Below are positions 7,139 through 17,547 of a stretch of DNA of 64,000 nucleotides, in pieces. Every line of letters starts with the position of its first letter. Within the stretch, counting starts at the first letter, position 1. The position numbers were made by a program, and so were the translations under genes. Below the pieces are notes generated by a model, which searched no databases, was not told the origin of the DNA, and saw nothing but the letters and a program-made list of their open reading frames with translations. The DNA comes from a virus. The DNA lies in the IMG/VR virus record IMGVR_UViG_3300046804_004848, positions 1-64,000 of that record; one strand, 5' to 3'.

Positions 7139-7567
7139 ATGAAAGTTGACAAAAAAGAAAATCCATTCTTTAGTATTACTGCCAAAGATTGTGAATGGTC
7201 ATATACTAAAGGTACAGGAGCAGGTGGACAAAAACGTAATAAAACAAGTTCAGCAGTACATTGTACACATCGTGCAAGTGGTGCACATGGGTATAGCGAA
7301 TCTAGTCGTAGTCAACTAGATAATCGTAAAGATGCATTTGAAAAAATGGCTAATAGTGATAAATTTAAAAAGTGGATTAAATTAGAATATATGAAACGCA
7401 CAGGTGAATTAGTAGAAGCTGAACGTGCGTTGGAACGTGAATTAAAGAAAGTTAAAGTAGAAGTAAAGATTGATGGTAAATGGGTTCAAGTCAGTGAGAA
7501 TCAGTTGGTTGATGATCCTGATACATTTGATACAAGTTTTTTAAAGGAGAGTCCAAATGGACAGTGA
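7139..7567 (+). CDS. Class I release-factor-like peptidyl-tRNA hydrolase (ArfB/PrfH-like)
   Basis: GTGAGGQKRNKTSSAV and RSQLDNRKDA motifs; stand-alone GGQ domain. Confidence 0.85.
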   Translation: MKVDKKENPFFSITAKDCEWSYTKGTGAGGQKRNKTSSAVHCTHRASGAHGYSESSRSQLDNRKDAFEKMANSDKFKKWIKLEYMKRTGELVEAERALERELKKVKVEVKIDGKWVQVSENQLVDDPDTFDTSFLKESPNGQ

Positions 7568-7585
7568 CAAGGTACGAAAGATTAT

Positions 7586-7659
7586 GGGGGTATAACTTAA
7601 TGATAAAGTAATTGGCTTTTAACCAATAAATCAGAGTTTGATTCTCTGTGCCCCTACCA
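7586..7659 (+). tRNA. tRNA-Lys (TTT)
   Basis: ATTGG-CTTTTAA-CCAAT, CCA end. Confidence 0.85.
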
Positions 7660-7702
7660 TTATAATTAAGCATATTAAACATAGTGTTCTTAATTATAAT
7701 AG
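7657..7702 (+). repeat. Inter-tRNA long-stem element, divergent copy 3
   Basis: CCATTATAATTAAGCATATT...TAGTGTTCTTAATTATAATAG begins at the tRNA CCA. Confidence 0.6.
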
Positions 7703-7713
7703 TTTAAAGAATA

Positions 7714-7786
7714 CTCTCTGTGGCGTAATCTGGCAGCGTACTGCGTTTGGGGCGCAGCGGTCTTGGTTCAAATCCAAGCAGAGAGA
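7714..7786 (+). tRNA. tRNA-Pro (TGG), CCA not encoded
   Basis: CTGCG-TTTGGGG-CGCAG; GGTTCAAATCC. Confidence 0.85.
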
Positions 7787-7794
7787 CAATTAAT

Positions 7795-7872
7795 AGGACA
7801 TTGAAGGGAATAGGTATACCTTTTTCGCTTAGAACGAAAAGTTTCTCGGTTCGACTCCGAGGTGTCCTACCA
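7795..7872 (+). tRNA. tRNA-Leu (TAG) without long variable arm
   Basis: TTTCG-CTTAGAA-CGAAA; short variable loop; ACCA end. Confidence 0.8.
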
Positions 7873-7875
7873 AAT

Positions 7876-8439
7876 TTACTTCATTCCTGCCATGCTTTTT
7901 AACTGATCAAGTTTGGCATCATACTTAGCACCCCAACTCATTACCCAATTTTTTAGTTTAGTAATATATTGAGATAGCTTACCCTCATCTAGTTGAGGCT
8001 TGTCTTTTGGTTCAATTTTTAATGATGGTGCTTTTTGTGTTACTGTAACCATCGTTTTCTTTAAACCTTCTAATACTGATATAAGTTCAGGAGTAAGTTG
8101 TTTTTCTAAAACCTCTAATATATCCTTATATTTTGGTGATACCGTAGCTTTGGGATCTTTTGAAAGTGTTATAATAAATGATACTGTGTCAATAACACGT
8201 GTTTTTACAGCGTCTTCAATATCAAATAAATCAGATACATTTTCACGTGAAGATTGTTTTACTTCATCTTCAAGTGCTTTAAGTTCGGTTTTAAGTTCAT
8301 TAATACGTTTAACTTTTTTAGCTAAGTTAGTATAGATTTGACTTTGATGGCTTTTTAAAGAAACTGTGGTCTTATCAGGCTCATCCATATATGGAAAGTC
8401 GCCAAGACGTGCTTCATTAATGATTTCAGTATATTTCAT
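7876..8439 (-). CDS. Hypothetical coiled-coil protein with internal-protein-like N-terminus
   Basis: MKYTEIINEA start; upstream ATAAATA motif. Confidence 0.7.
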   Translation of the reverse strand: MKYTEIINEARLGDFPYMDEPDKTTVSLKSHQSQIYTNLAKKVKRINELKTELKALEDEVKQSSRENVSDLFDIEDAVKTRVIDTVSFIITLSKDPKATVSPKYKDILEVLEKQLTPELISVLEGLKKTMVTVTQKAPSLKIEPKDKPQLDEGKLSQYITKLKNWVMSWGAKYDAKLDQLKSMAGMK

Positions 8440-8477
8440 AAAAGTATTTATCCTAGTTTATCTATATAAATATTGGT

Positions 8478-8792
8478 GTGAAAGATATTTACGATTATAT
8501 TAAACTCACGAAAAAGGAACGTCAAGAACATTTGGATCTTGATGACTATTGTATAGAACGTGGTGGTGGCTCAACAATTTGCAAAGGATTACTTGCACAT
8601 TTACTTGAAACTACCATACCTAAAGGGCATCAGATACATGTTTGTCACGCTTGCAATAATGGCAAGTGCAGTAATCCAAAACACTTATATTGGGGTACCG
8701 CTTCAGAAAACCGTATGGATCGTGTTAGGTATGAAAATAGATCCATTAGCGAAATGCTAGAAGACAGGTATCGTAGACGAAAACCTACATGA
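8478..8792 (+). CDS. HNH/His-Me finger endonuclease
   Basis: VCHACNNGKCSNPKHLYWGTASENRMD. Confidence 0.8.
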   Translation: MKDIYDYIKLTKKERQEHLDLDDYCIERGGGSTICKGLLAHLLETTIPKGHQIHVCHACNNGKCSNPKHLYWGTASENRMDRVRYENRSISEMLEDRYRRRKPT

Positions 8793-9484
8793 TTGATGAT
8801 AAATCACATATAATTTTAAATAAAGCAAATTTAGAACTATATTTAAAATATGTTTGTGGCAAACTAAATGCTGACTTTAGTGCAGAAAGTACAACTAATG
8901 CACAATTATTGAACTTATTAGAAGTAAGTTTAACTGATAAAAATGGTTCTAGTGCTAGAGAACAAGTTATAGCACATATGCTTGATTATCAATGGCAAAG
9001 TAAAAAACTAGGTATTGATGCTATAGATTTAAAACACAATAGATACAAAGAGATTAAACCCACATCTAATTCTAAAATGGGTAAAGCTAGTTCGTTAAGG
9101 TTTAATTTTAATGACGTGACACGAGAATCAATTCATAAATATGAACATACAGATATTGTCGTTGCATTGTTTCAAAATTGTAGATTAATTATAGTTCTTG
9201 AGTTTCCGTTTAGTGTGATTGAACAATATTTCAATAGTAGAATAGAAAAAATGTTTACTGATATTAAACATCAAAATAAACGTAAGACGATGAATATTGG
9301 AGCAAAAGAATATATTAGCAGTCCTCATTTGAAAGTACACTATATTGACAAAGAACTTATCCTTGCTTATAATTCAATTACTAAAAAAAATTTAGCTATA
9401 ATAGAAAACGCCACTAACCATGTTAACATCCATACTACCGAATTACTTGAACATAAGATACAGTTTGAGGAATCTATCGGATGA
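8789..9484 (+). CDS. Putative restriction-endonuclease-like PD-(D/E)xK protein
   Basis: GIDAID...YKEIK...FNFND; overlaps methyltransferase start. Confidence 0.5.
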   Translation: MIDDKSHIILNKANLELYLKYVCGKLNADFSAESTTNAQLLNLLEVSLTDKNGSSAREQVIAHMLDYQWQSKKLGIDAIDLKHNRYKEIKPTSNSKMGKASSLRFNFNDVTRESIHKYEHTDIVVALFQNCRLIIVLEFPFSVIEQYFNSRIEKMFTDIKHQNKRKTMNIGAKEYISSPHLKVHYIDKELILAYNSITKKNLAIIENATNHVNIHTTELLEHKIQFEESIG

Positions 9485-10442
9485 ATATTTTCTATCTATT
9501 ATAGACCAACTTGCAGAAGAATTAGAAAATCATCCTTACACCATACAATATCCAATCAAAAAGTTAGAACAAGATTGGAAAAATCTTATTGCTTTTAAAG
9601 AACAAACCAACACTATTAATTCTACATCAAGATTAGGTATGAAATTATGTGAACATTTTTTCCCTAATTTTTTTGATATTGAAAATAACAAAGGTGAAAG
9701 CTTTTCTAAACTGTGGAAAAAAGACAATATTAAAAAAATATTAATTTGGAATAGAAAAAGTCATTCTACTCCATATATGTCAGAACTTAGACGTGGTGTA
9801 TATTTTTGCTTGGGTTTAACTAAAAACACAATGTTTCGCCCACAATTAGCCAAACTTATTTGTAACAAATATAAACCTGATATTGTGCTTGATCCTTGTG
9901 CAGGATGGGGAGGAAGATTATTAGGCACAGTAGCGCATGGTGCAAAATATATAGCTTTTGAACCAAACACAACAACTTATGATGGTTTACAGGCATTAGT
10001 AAAGTTTTGTAATATACAAGATAGAGTGCAATTAATTTGTGATGATGCACGAAATATGCATCAATATGATTTCCCACAAGTAGATATGGTATTAACAAGT
10101 CCACCTTATTTTGATGTGGAAATTTATACAAAACAAACAACACAATCAATCACTAATTGTAACACTTATGATGAATGGGCAACGGGGTTTTTGAAAAATA
10201 TAATAGACCAATCCTTAAGCAGATTAAATAAACATGGTGTAAGTTGTTGGAATGTGGGTAAAGTAGGTTCACGTTTTATGCAAGATGATGTAGCGCATTA
10301 TCACCAACAAAATATGTTTACTAACGTAAATGAATTTAGTGTGATAAGCAGTAAACGACAAGCATTACAAACAACTGATAGCAAAAAAAGTGCTGATGTA
10401 ACGGTTGTATATCAAACATGCGGGTATGGTGCTAACGGTTAA
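9420..10442 (+). CDS. DNA amino-methyltransferase (N4C/N6A type)
   Basis: VLDPCAGWGGR (motif I) and LTSPPYF (motif IV). Confidence 0.85.
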   Translation: MLTSILPNYLNIRYSLRNLSDEYFLSIIDQLAEELENHPYTIQYPIKKLEQDWKNLIAFKEQTNTINSTSRLGMKLCEHFFPNFFDIENNKGESFSKLWKKDNIKKILIWNRKSHSTPYMSELRRGVYFCLGLTKNTMFRPQLAKLICNKYKPDIVLDPCAGWGGRLLGTVAHGAKYIAFEPNTTTYDGLQALVKFCNIQDRVQLICDDARNMHQYDFPQVDMVLTSPPYFDVEIYTKQTTQSITNCNTYDEWATGFLKNIIDQSLSRLNKHGVSCWNVGKVGSRFMQDDVAHYHQQNMFTNVNEFSVISSKRQALQTTDSKKSADVTVVYQTCGYGANG

Positions 10443-10495
10443 CACGAGACCTTGCCAAGGTTTAGTTGAGGGTTCGATTCCCTCTACCCGCTCCA
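10420..10495 (+). tRNA. tRNA-Gly (GCC)
   Basis: TTGCCAA loop, TCCA end; overlaps methyltransferase 3' end. Confidence 0.9.
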
Positions 10496-10502
10496 ATAAT
10501 TA

Positions 10503-10577
10503 GGTGATATGGCGTAGAAGGATGCGCACAGGTTTCATAAGCCTAGGAGGTTGGGTCGGTACCAACTATCACCACCA
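10503..10577 (+). tRNA. tRNA-Met (CAT) with non-canonical T loop
   Basis: TTCATAA loop; T loop GTCGGTA; ACCA end. Confidence 0.75.
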
Positions 10578-11165
10578 TTATTCATTTGGTGTAGATGCAA
10601 GTAATTCCATCAATTCATTTTCATTATAATAATAATTACCAAGAATAAGCAATATAAAGTCAAATACTTGTATTCTACGTGTTAAACCCATTATATTGAT
10701 GTTAATGTTATATATTCTCTCCTCAAGTGAATCATAAAGAATATCCTCAGTTCGTTGTTTCATTTTGAGTTTTTTCTTTACTTTTTCAAATTTTTCTAAA
10801 TCTTTTTTGTTATCCTTGATTTGATCCTTCATTTGTGATTGAGATTGTTCTACTTCTCTACGCATGTTAAAAATTAAATCATTAATTTCAGGATTATGCA
10901 CAGATAATTGATTCCAAAAAACACGCAGCATCATTTGTTTAGCCTCTTGATACATAGTGTTATCAATATAGGCAGAATTATCATTGTCAAATGATTTACG
11001 TCTAAAAGGATCACTTAAAATTTGATAAGCATTATTGATTTCCTGAAATTTAGCTATATTTCCACCTTTGTCAGGATGATTTTCATTAGCTAACTGACGG
11101 TATTTTTGTTTAATTTCATCAAAGGTTGCGTTCTTATTTACACCTAAAATATCATATGGGTTCAT
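10578..11165 (-). CDS. J-domain (DnaJ-like) protein
   Basis: PYDILGV...HPDKGG...FQEINNAYQILSDP. Confidence 0.9.
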   Translation of the reverse strand: MNPYDILGVNKNATFDEIKQKYRQLANENHPDKGGNIAKFQEINNAYQILSDPFRRKSFDNDNSAYIDNTMYQEAKQMMLRVFWNQLSVHNPEINDLIFNMRREVEQSQSQMKDQIKDNKKDLEKFEKVKKKLKMKQRTEDILYDSLEERIYNININIMGLTRRIQVFDFILLILGNYYYNENELMELLASTPNE

Positions 11166-11207
11166 GTAAATATTTAGTTAGGTGGTTTGGCTAGTTAAAT
11201 ATGTTGC

Positions 11208-11783
11208 ATGAAACGTATTAACGATTTGATTTTTGTTGTCAACAATTTTGTTACTAAACATACCTGTCATCAAATGTACGAATACTTAACCAATACTGTA
11301 ACTCATAATATTGCAGATGAGCATGACATGCCTTGGGAGTTAGGTAATAATATTTTTTATTCTGATATTAAAGATACGTATATAAAAGAAAAAGTTTATA
11401 ATATAAAATTTGGTGTCGCTAATTTGCTAAGTTATTTGCATAATACCAAAGTATATCCACATTTTACAGATATGGTTTTATGGCAAAAGCATCAACAAAT
11501 GAATAGGCATGTGGATAATGGAAGCAATCAAGTAGGGCGAGATGATTTAGCCATGAGAAAATATTCTGCAATTATCTATTTAAATGATAATTACAAAGGT
11601 GGCAAGACATTTGTTAGTTTGGATGAAGAAAATGATTATATTTCTAAACCTAAGACAGGTACATTGTTAATGTTTACAAGTGACCAACGTACTACGCATG
11701 GAGTAAAAAAAGTAAAAGTAGGGTATCGTGGCACGTTAGCCATGTGGTTTGCAACAGAAAAGAAGTATCAAGAGAAAGACTAA
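11208..11783 (+). CDS. 2OG-Fe(II) oxygenase (prolyl-4-hydroxylase-like)
   Basis: HVD, YLNDNYKGG, HGV...R motifs. Confidence 0.85.
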   Translation: MKRINDLIFVVNNFVTKHTCHQMYEYLTNTVTHNIADEHDMPWELGNNIFYSDIKDTYIKEKVYNIKFGVANLLSYLHNTKVYPHFTDMVLWQKHQQMNRHVDNGSNQVGRDDLAMRKYSAIIYLNDNYKGGKTFVSLDEENDYISKPKTGTLLMFTSDQRTTHGVKKVKVGYRGTLAMWFATEKKYQEKD

Positions 11784-11784
11784 A

Positions 11785-11860
11785 GGACGGTTAGCTCAGT
11801 TGGTAGAGCGGCACGTTTACACCGTGTAGGTCGGGAGTTCAAACCTCTCACCGTCCACCA
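11785..11860 (+). tRNA. tRNA-Val (TAC)
   Basis: GCACG-TTTACAC-CGTGT, CCA end. Confidence 0.92.
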
Positions 11861-11886
11861 TTATAAAACGGTTAAATACAGTTATT

Positions 11887-12450
11887 ATGACTGTCTCATC
11901 AAAATATTTTATAGATATACCAAATTTAGGTTTTCAATTTTTACAACCTAATTTAAACGCAACTGACTACTTACCTGAAGTTGTTACACATAATTGGGTT
12001 GAGACACAAACTAACAATTTTTTTACAGATCAAGCGATATCATGGTTTAATCATATTGGCTTTGATATTAAACATACATTGTATTTGTTTTGTGCAAACT
12101 CTCAGGTGATAGGTCCGATCCATAGTGATTTAACCAATTATGCTTTTAATTTTGTTGTAAGTGGTTATGGTAAGATGGAATGGATTAAACCGCACAATAA
12201 ACCTTATACACATGAAAAAATATATGGCAATCGTGTGTCAAAGTATTTACGATTTGAACCACATATTGAAGATATGGTCATTGATTCATGGGTTGGTACT
12301 CAAGCTTTGGTACAAGTGTTTACACCACATCGTATTGTTACTAGTCATGAAAAACGCTATACTGTTTCTTTACGTACGCATGGTAAAAAAATACAATCAT
12401 GGGAACAAGCTGTTAGTAATTTACAACAGTATATAAATTCGCCTCTTTAG
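11887..12450 (+). CDS. Hypothetical cupin/2OG-like protein
   Basis: IHSD...PHRI...RYTVSLR pattern. Confidence 0.5.
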   Translation: MTVSSKYFIDIPNLGFQFLQPNLNATDYLPEVVTHNWVETQTNNFFTDQAISWFNHIGFDIKHTLYLFCANSQVIGPIHSDLTNYAFNFVVSGYGKMEWIKPHNKPYTHEKIYGNRVSKYLRFEPHIEDMVIDSWVGTQALVQVFTPHRIVTSHEKRYTVSLRTHGKKIQSWEQAVSNLQQYINSPL

Positions 12451-12515
12451 CTCAGTGGTAGAGACCCATCTTGATAAGGTGGGGGTCCTTGGATCGTTCC
12501 CAAGAAGAGGCACCA
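12441..12515 (+). tRNA. tRNA-Ile (GAT)
   Basis: CCATC-TTGATAA-GGTGG; T loop ATCGTTC; ACCA end. Confidence 0.8.
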
Positions 12516-12532
12516 ATTTTATTAAGGAGAAA

Positions 12533-13138
12533 ATGATGCCTGCAGTTTGGATAGTAAGTGACACACATTTCGGTCACGAAAAAACTTGCACTGTTTTTAA
12601 ACGTGAAGATGGGTCACCACTTAGACCGTTTAGCAGTGCTGAAGAAATGGATGAGTTTATGGTCAAAGCATGGAATGAACGTGTTAGACCAAATGATAAG
12701 GTATACCATTTAGGCGATGTTGTAATCAATAGAAAAGCCTTAAATACCCTACGCAGACTAAATGGCGATAAGGTGCTTATACGTGGTAATCATGATATTT
12801 TTAAATTACAAAATTACTTAGAGCATTTTAGAGATATTCGTGGATACCATGTGATGAATGGACTTATTTTAAGTCATGTGCCCGTACATCCAAAAAGTCT
12901 TGGACGCTTTGGTTGTAATATACACGGGCACTTACACGCCAATAAAGTTATGAAAGCGAGAGGTTTCGATGCTAAAACAGAAGAAATCTTATATTCAGAT
13001 GAGATTGATCCAAGATATTGGTGTGCCTGTGTTGAACAAACTGACTTCGCACCTATCTTGTTTGAACATGCTTTAAAAAAGATTGTTGAGCAAGGAGGAC
13101 GAGTTGGCTTCCAAAATGGAAACGGTCCTACCATGTAA
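12533..13138 (+). CDS. Calcineurin-like metallophosphoesterase
   Basis: SDTHFGH, HLGD, GNHD, HGHLH; AAGGAG RBS. Confidence 0.9.
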   Translation: MMPAVWIVSDTHFGHEKTCTVFKREDGSPLRPFSSAEEMDEFMVKAWNERVRPNDKVYHLGDVVINRKALNTLRRLNGDKVLIRGNHDIFKLQNYLEHFRDIRGYHVMNGLILSHVPVHPKSLGRFGCNIHGHLHANKVMKARGFDAKTEEILYSDEIDPRYWCACVEQTDFAPILFEHALKKIVEQGGRVGFQNGNGPTM

Positions 13139-13739
13139 TAGATTTACATTTAGGGCCATGCCAACGAGTGTAGTTTGATTTGGATATATTGACAATACCA
13201 CAATGCTCACAGCTTTTTAAGTGGGCATTGTTTTTTGTCCAATGATTCTCTCCGCTTATTTTTGCTAATGCCACAGGATCATACATTGGATTGTTCTCCA
13301 AGAGTTGTTTAGAAGCACGAGCACGATTCTCGGTAAAAGATCCTGGATTGTTGATACGCATACGCTCACGATTCTTCGGAGTATTAAAATGATGTTTACT
13401 GCCTAAAGATTTTTGGCGAATAGAATGTTTCAGTCTATTCTCCGGCTTTTTCATATGGTGTGCGTCACCGCAGGGAAATCCTGTAGCCTGATTACTTTGA
13501 TTCATACATCCGATCTTACCAAAATGTAAATCCAAATAGTATTGTTCTCGCTCGATATAATGCTGTTCATTTTGGCAAACTTCCAAAATAGTTTTGGTAA
13601 CATTGTTTAAATTTTTTATGCTTTTGGACCAAGTGCCGCTACCAATATATTCATCATTAAGATTATTTGTAGCGTGTCGTCCAATATAGTAGTGTCCGTT
13701 TTTATGTTGGACATGATAAATGATATAATGTAAATACAT
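13128..13739 (-). CDS. GIY-YIG (Seg-like) homing endonuclease
   Basis: YIIY...YYIGRH...YIGSG, EREQ, NPM repeats, C-terminal CxxC...RWHGPKCK. Confidence 0.85.
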   Translation of the reverse strand: MYLHYIIYHVQHKNGHYYIGRHATNNLNDEYIGSGTWSKSIKNLNNVTKTILEVCQNEQHYIEREQYYLDLHFGKIGCMNQSNQATGFPCGDAHHMKKPENRLKHSIRQKSLGSKHHFNTPKNRERMRINNPGSFTENRARASKQLLENNPMYDPVALAKISGENHWTKNNAHLKSCEHCGIVNISKSNYTRWHGPKCKSITW

Positions 13740-13810
13740 TTGCTGGTGCTCCTCTAAAGCATTAGAGCGGGTGGATGTTGGTAGCATCGTGATCCGCACC
13801 TTTATTTATC
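13740..13810 (-). promoter_or_regulatory. Structured 5' leader of GIY-YIG gene
   Basis: ATAAATA followed by GCGGAT..GATG-CTACCAA-CATC..ACCCGC stem and TGCT-TTAGAGG-AGCA hairpin over the RBS. Confidence 0.55.
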
Positions 13811-13989
13811 TTTTAACAGGATAAAAATTAGCATTAACAATGAAGGGGGTACTGTTGGTTTTCGCAATGGCAACGCCCCTATTATGTAGGGGTTGTTGCC
13901 AACCTACATTGTCATCATGACAACGCACTTGACTATAATTTGTACTTGTCGTATAATTGGATGGTGGTAATTGATTTAGGAGATTTGAT

Positions 13990-16900
13990 ATGACGTTGAT
14001 TTCTCGTACTAGTTTGATTACAGGGTGTTTAAACACTATGGACTTGCCAATTACTGAAGATATGATTAGTGATTGGATAGAAAGTGACGCATTAATACAA
14101 CACGCTTTTCCTAACCTCAGTGCTGATGAGCGTGAGTTTTTATTGACAGGAGCAACACCTACTGAATTTAATGAATTATTTGCTGAAGAAGAGCTTGACA
14201 ACATATCCTAATTAATGTACAATTGATTCTGTTGAGTTAATAAGGAACTAATCATGAAAACCGTAGCTCTCTATTCTCTAGTTGGTACTTCAAAAGCCAA
14301 GACTGCCAAAGCAATCTTGTTCCATGATACCCGTACCAACAAGGAAGCATGGATTCCTACCTCTATTGCTTCAGTCAAGTTTATCGGACCTGACTACGCT
14401 GTAAAAGTCACTGTGCCCGATTGGTTCTTCAACAAAATTTCTTGGAAAGAACCTACCACTTTTGTCAAAAAAACAACAAACCCATACATCGGTGCTGATA
14501 TCGGTAACATGATGGAAGAGCGTATGGTTCTTACAGAGATGTACGATAGTCTTGATGAGACTAATTCTGATGATTTTAAACAACAAGAAGAAATTCAAAA
14601 ACGACTACATTGGATTGATGAAGCAGTAAATATTGCTTGACAAGAAATTAATTTAGATATACAATACTTAAATGGTAAACAAAACGGAGCAAATGATGGA
14701 AAAAGTTCTTTACAATAGCCCAATGTTTAACAAAGTATTCTTGATCCCAACTGATGCTGTAAAAACTTATAAAAAGCGTGATGCCGCATTACTTGCTTTG
14801 AAAGATCTTGGTGGTATTAATGCTCCACATACTAAAGAAGTTACGAAACTTCGCCAAACCATGCTCAACGCTAAACGCAAGATTGAGCGTGAAGGTTGGT
14901 TTTGTGTTCCTGTCTAATTGACAAGAAATTTATTTAGATATATAATTCTTCTATAGTAAACAACAAGGAGCACAAAATGAGCAAGTTGGATAGAGTGTTA
15001 GATGAATTGTTTTGGTTAGCCATTTGGTCAATCCCCGCAGTGTTCGTCGTAACCTGTGTGTTTGGTATTGTATACGGTGTGTTGTTTTAAAACAACAGGT
15101 TTACAGCACACAAGATCTGTGCTATTATACACTTACACTGAACAACAAGGAGTTTTAAATGGACTTTGAAAAAACCGTGTTAAAAAAGGTTACTGAAGTA
15201 ACGGATGATTGCTTTTTTTACTCAAGTGGAGTTTTGTCTGTAATTTGTACTCCATATCAAGCCAAAAAAATCTTTAAGAAGTTGACCACCGAATTAAATT
15301 TAAAAACTAAGCTTGGAAAAGACGGTTCTTACGGTTTTACCTTTTACTTTGATTAATAAGGAGTAATAGATGGAAATCTCTACTGCAATTAAAGTCCTAC
15401 ATAAAGAATGTGACTTTTTAGGTAAAGGTATGTTAGACCTGATTGATGATATACAAAAACACGGTCATGCAGTATATTCTAATCAAGTGGTGGTAGCTTG
15501 TAATGTTTATATTGCATCACGCCGAAAAGTTACTTTTACTGTTTAAGCGAGGTTGAGATGGAAGAAATGATTGCAGAACTTAAGCAATTTGCGCTAGATC
15601 ATTATGAAGCAGGTGGTCATTGGGTAGTTGAAACATATAGTAAAGAAGATTATATTGAAGTACTTACAAAAGCAAAAACAGTAACTAAAGCTAAAAAAGA
15701 ACTGAAAAAATATTGGAAGTTTATAAATGAAAGACAAGCTGAGTGTAGGTACGAATAAAATAGTTGACAATTTATCCTAATTGATTTACAATAGATTCTG
15801 TTGAGTTAATAAGGAGCGCAGAAATGACAACTTATACTGTTCACATGATTAATTTCGGTATCAACAAGGGTACGTTTCCTACTGCTGAAGAAGCGATTGC
15901 CCAAGCTAAAGCAATAGGGTTTGAGTGTGCAATATGGGTAAACGAACCTAACAAAGATCCGTTGCATTTGTGCAATGTTAAGCCCTACTAGGAGTATGTA
16001 GATGGACTCACGCTCAGTATCAGCCTTTGATTTTCTACAGCGAGCAGAACGGTATGCTGAAGCTCGTGGTGATGATAATTTCTTTAAGAATTTTTACGTC
16101 AATTATCGTGAGTATAACTCAGTAACGGATTCAGTTTGGAAAACTTTAAGTTACCTTTACGGTGACGATGTTGCAAATATGCTAGAGTTTCAATAGCCTA
16201 TTGACAATAAATCCAAATTTATATATAATTGTTTCTGTACTGATTAATAAGGAACTGAAATGACTACTGCTCTTGATACTAGCGAATTCATCGGAACCAC
16301 TTCCTATCACAAATTGTTTCTTGGTGACTTGCTCACTGACGGTGCTATGCACGTTGCAGAAACTTGCGGTGCATTTTGGTTGATGGATGAAATTACTTTT
16401 GCGCTACGCAATGCACGTAATGCCAAAAAAATTAACTTCAGCACGTTTGTTGTAGTTACCCTAAAGAAAACAAGAACGGGTAGTGCTACGATTACCTTTA
16501 GTGATGGTAATGACCTTAGCTTTACCAAGCGTATTGAGTACACAGATTTTCCTTACGATACTTGCAAACTTTATGCAATATTAACTGAAGTTCAAGGTCG
16601 CAATCGTTGGGTTGTAATGGTTCCAAGTGAGTACTAATAAATGAAAATTGAAGATAGATATTTAGAAGCAAATCAAAAAGCATTTGACAATCCCCGAATA
16701 GGGGATTATTGGAGTGAACATTTTTGTCCATACTTTATTATCGTTGATATCAATGATGACAATTACACGGTATTAAGTTGTTTAGGTGGTCCTCACAGTT
16801 TTACCCGTAAGGATGAACTCAATGCTAAAATTGAAGTAGATAGTGGACATTGGACTTTTGATTTAAGTAAATCTATGGTTGTCAACCGTCAATGGATAAC

Positions 16901-17547
16901 TAAGGCTGTAAAGTATGAAAGTATAGATCGCTTTGTAGCTGATGTAGTAAACACTGAAAAGACTCAAAATATAGTATCTGAATGGAGAGAGTTTAAAGGT
17001 AAACAAATTCTTAAACAAATTGAAAACTTGCAGAATGAATACTTACAATTTACTGAGTGGAATACATTAAAGAAAGAATCATTGTGAAAGTGATTCAATC
17101 ATGTTTGACACTATCCTAAAAAATTGTTATGATTCTCTTGTAATGACAAAGGAGAAATTAATGAAGCCAACTTCTGAAATGTACACGACTTTGACTCTTA
17201 CAGAAAAAGCTGAAATCAAGCAATATGGAATGACTGTAAAAGCAATGGTTGATGCAATTGAAATTACAATGATTGAGGGTGATCGTAGCCCTGAACAAAT
17301 TGCAAGAACTATGCTTGTTGATGTAGGTAATATGGTTGGTAATGATCCTGATGATATGTTTGAAGCAAGAAAAGATATTAATCGTGTGATTTATATCTTG
17401 CAGAATTTCTGTGTCAAGCAAGAAACTACAATTACATTGTTGTCAACAAAAGCAGATCTTGCTATAATTGATGGTGATGTTGAAATGTTGGTTGATGTTC
17501 TTAAACAAGCTAAAAATCTTATTGAAGCACAAAAGGAAACTGTATGA
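13990..17547 (+). other. Cluster of short hypothetical early genes (13990-14211, 14254-14640, 14672-14917, 15159-15356, 15558-15758, 16002-16196, 16260-16637, 16641-17087, 17101-17547 and smaller)
   Basis: Co-oriented short ORFs with AGGAG RBS, many preceded by TTGACA-17-TAcAAT/TATAAT promoters (14195, 14638, 14918, 15764, 16201). Confidence 0.7.

Noticed and set aside
7795-7872. TAG-containing tRNA as amber suppressor or sign of recoding
   Set aside because: Anticodon TAG reads CUA (Leu); genes end normally at TAA/TAG/TGA and are not fragmented, so standard code
12455-12532. N-terminal extensions of listed ORFs through tRNAs (also 3458-3511, 17938-18123)
   Set aside because: Overlap tRNA genes; better starts with RBS exist downstream or the ORF is spurious
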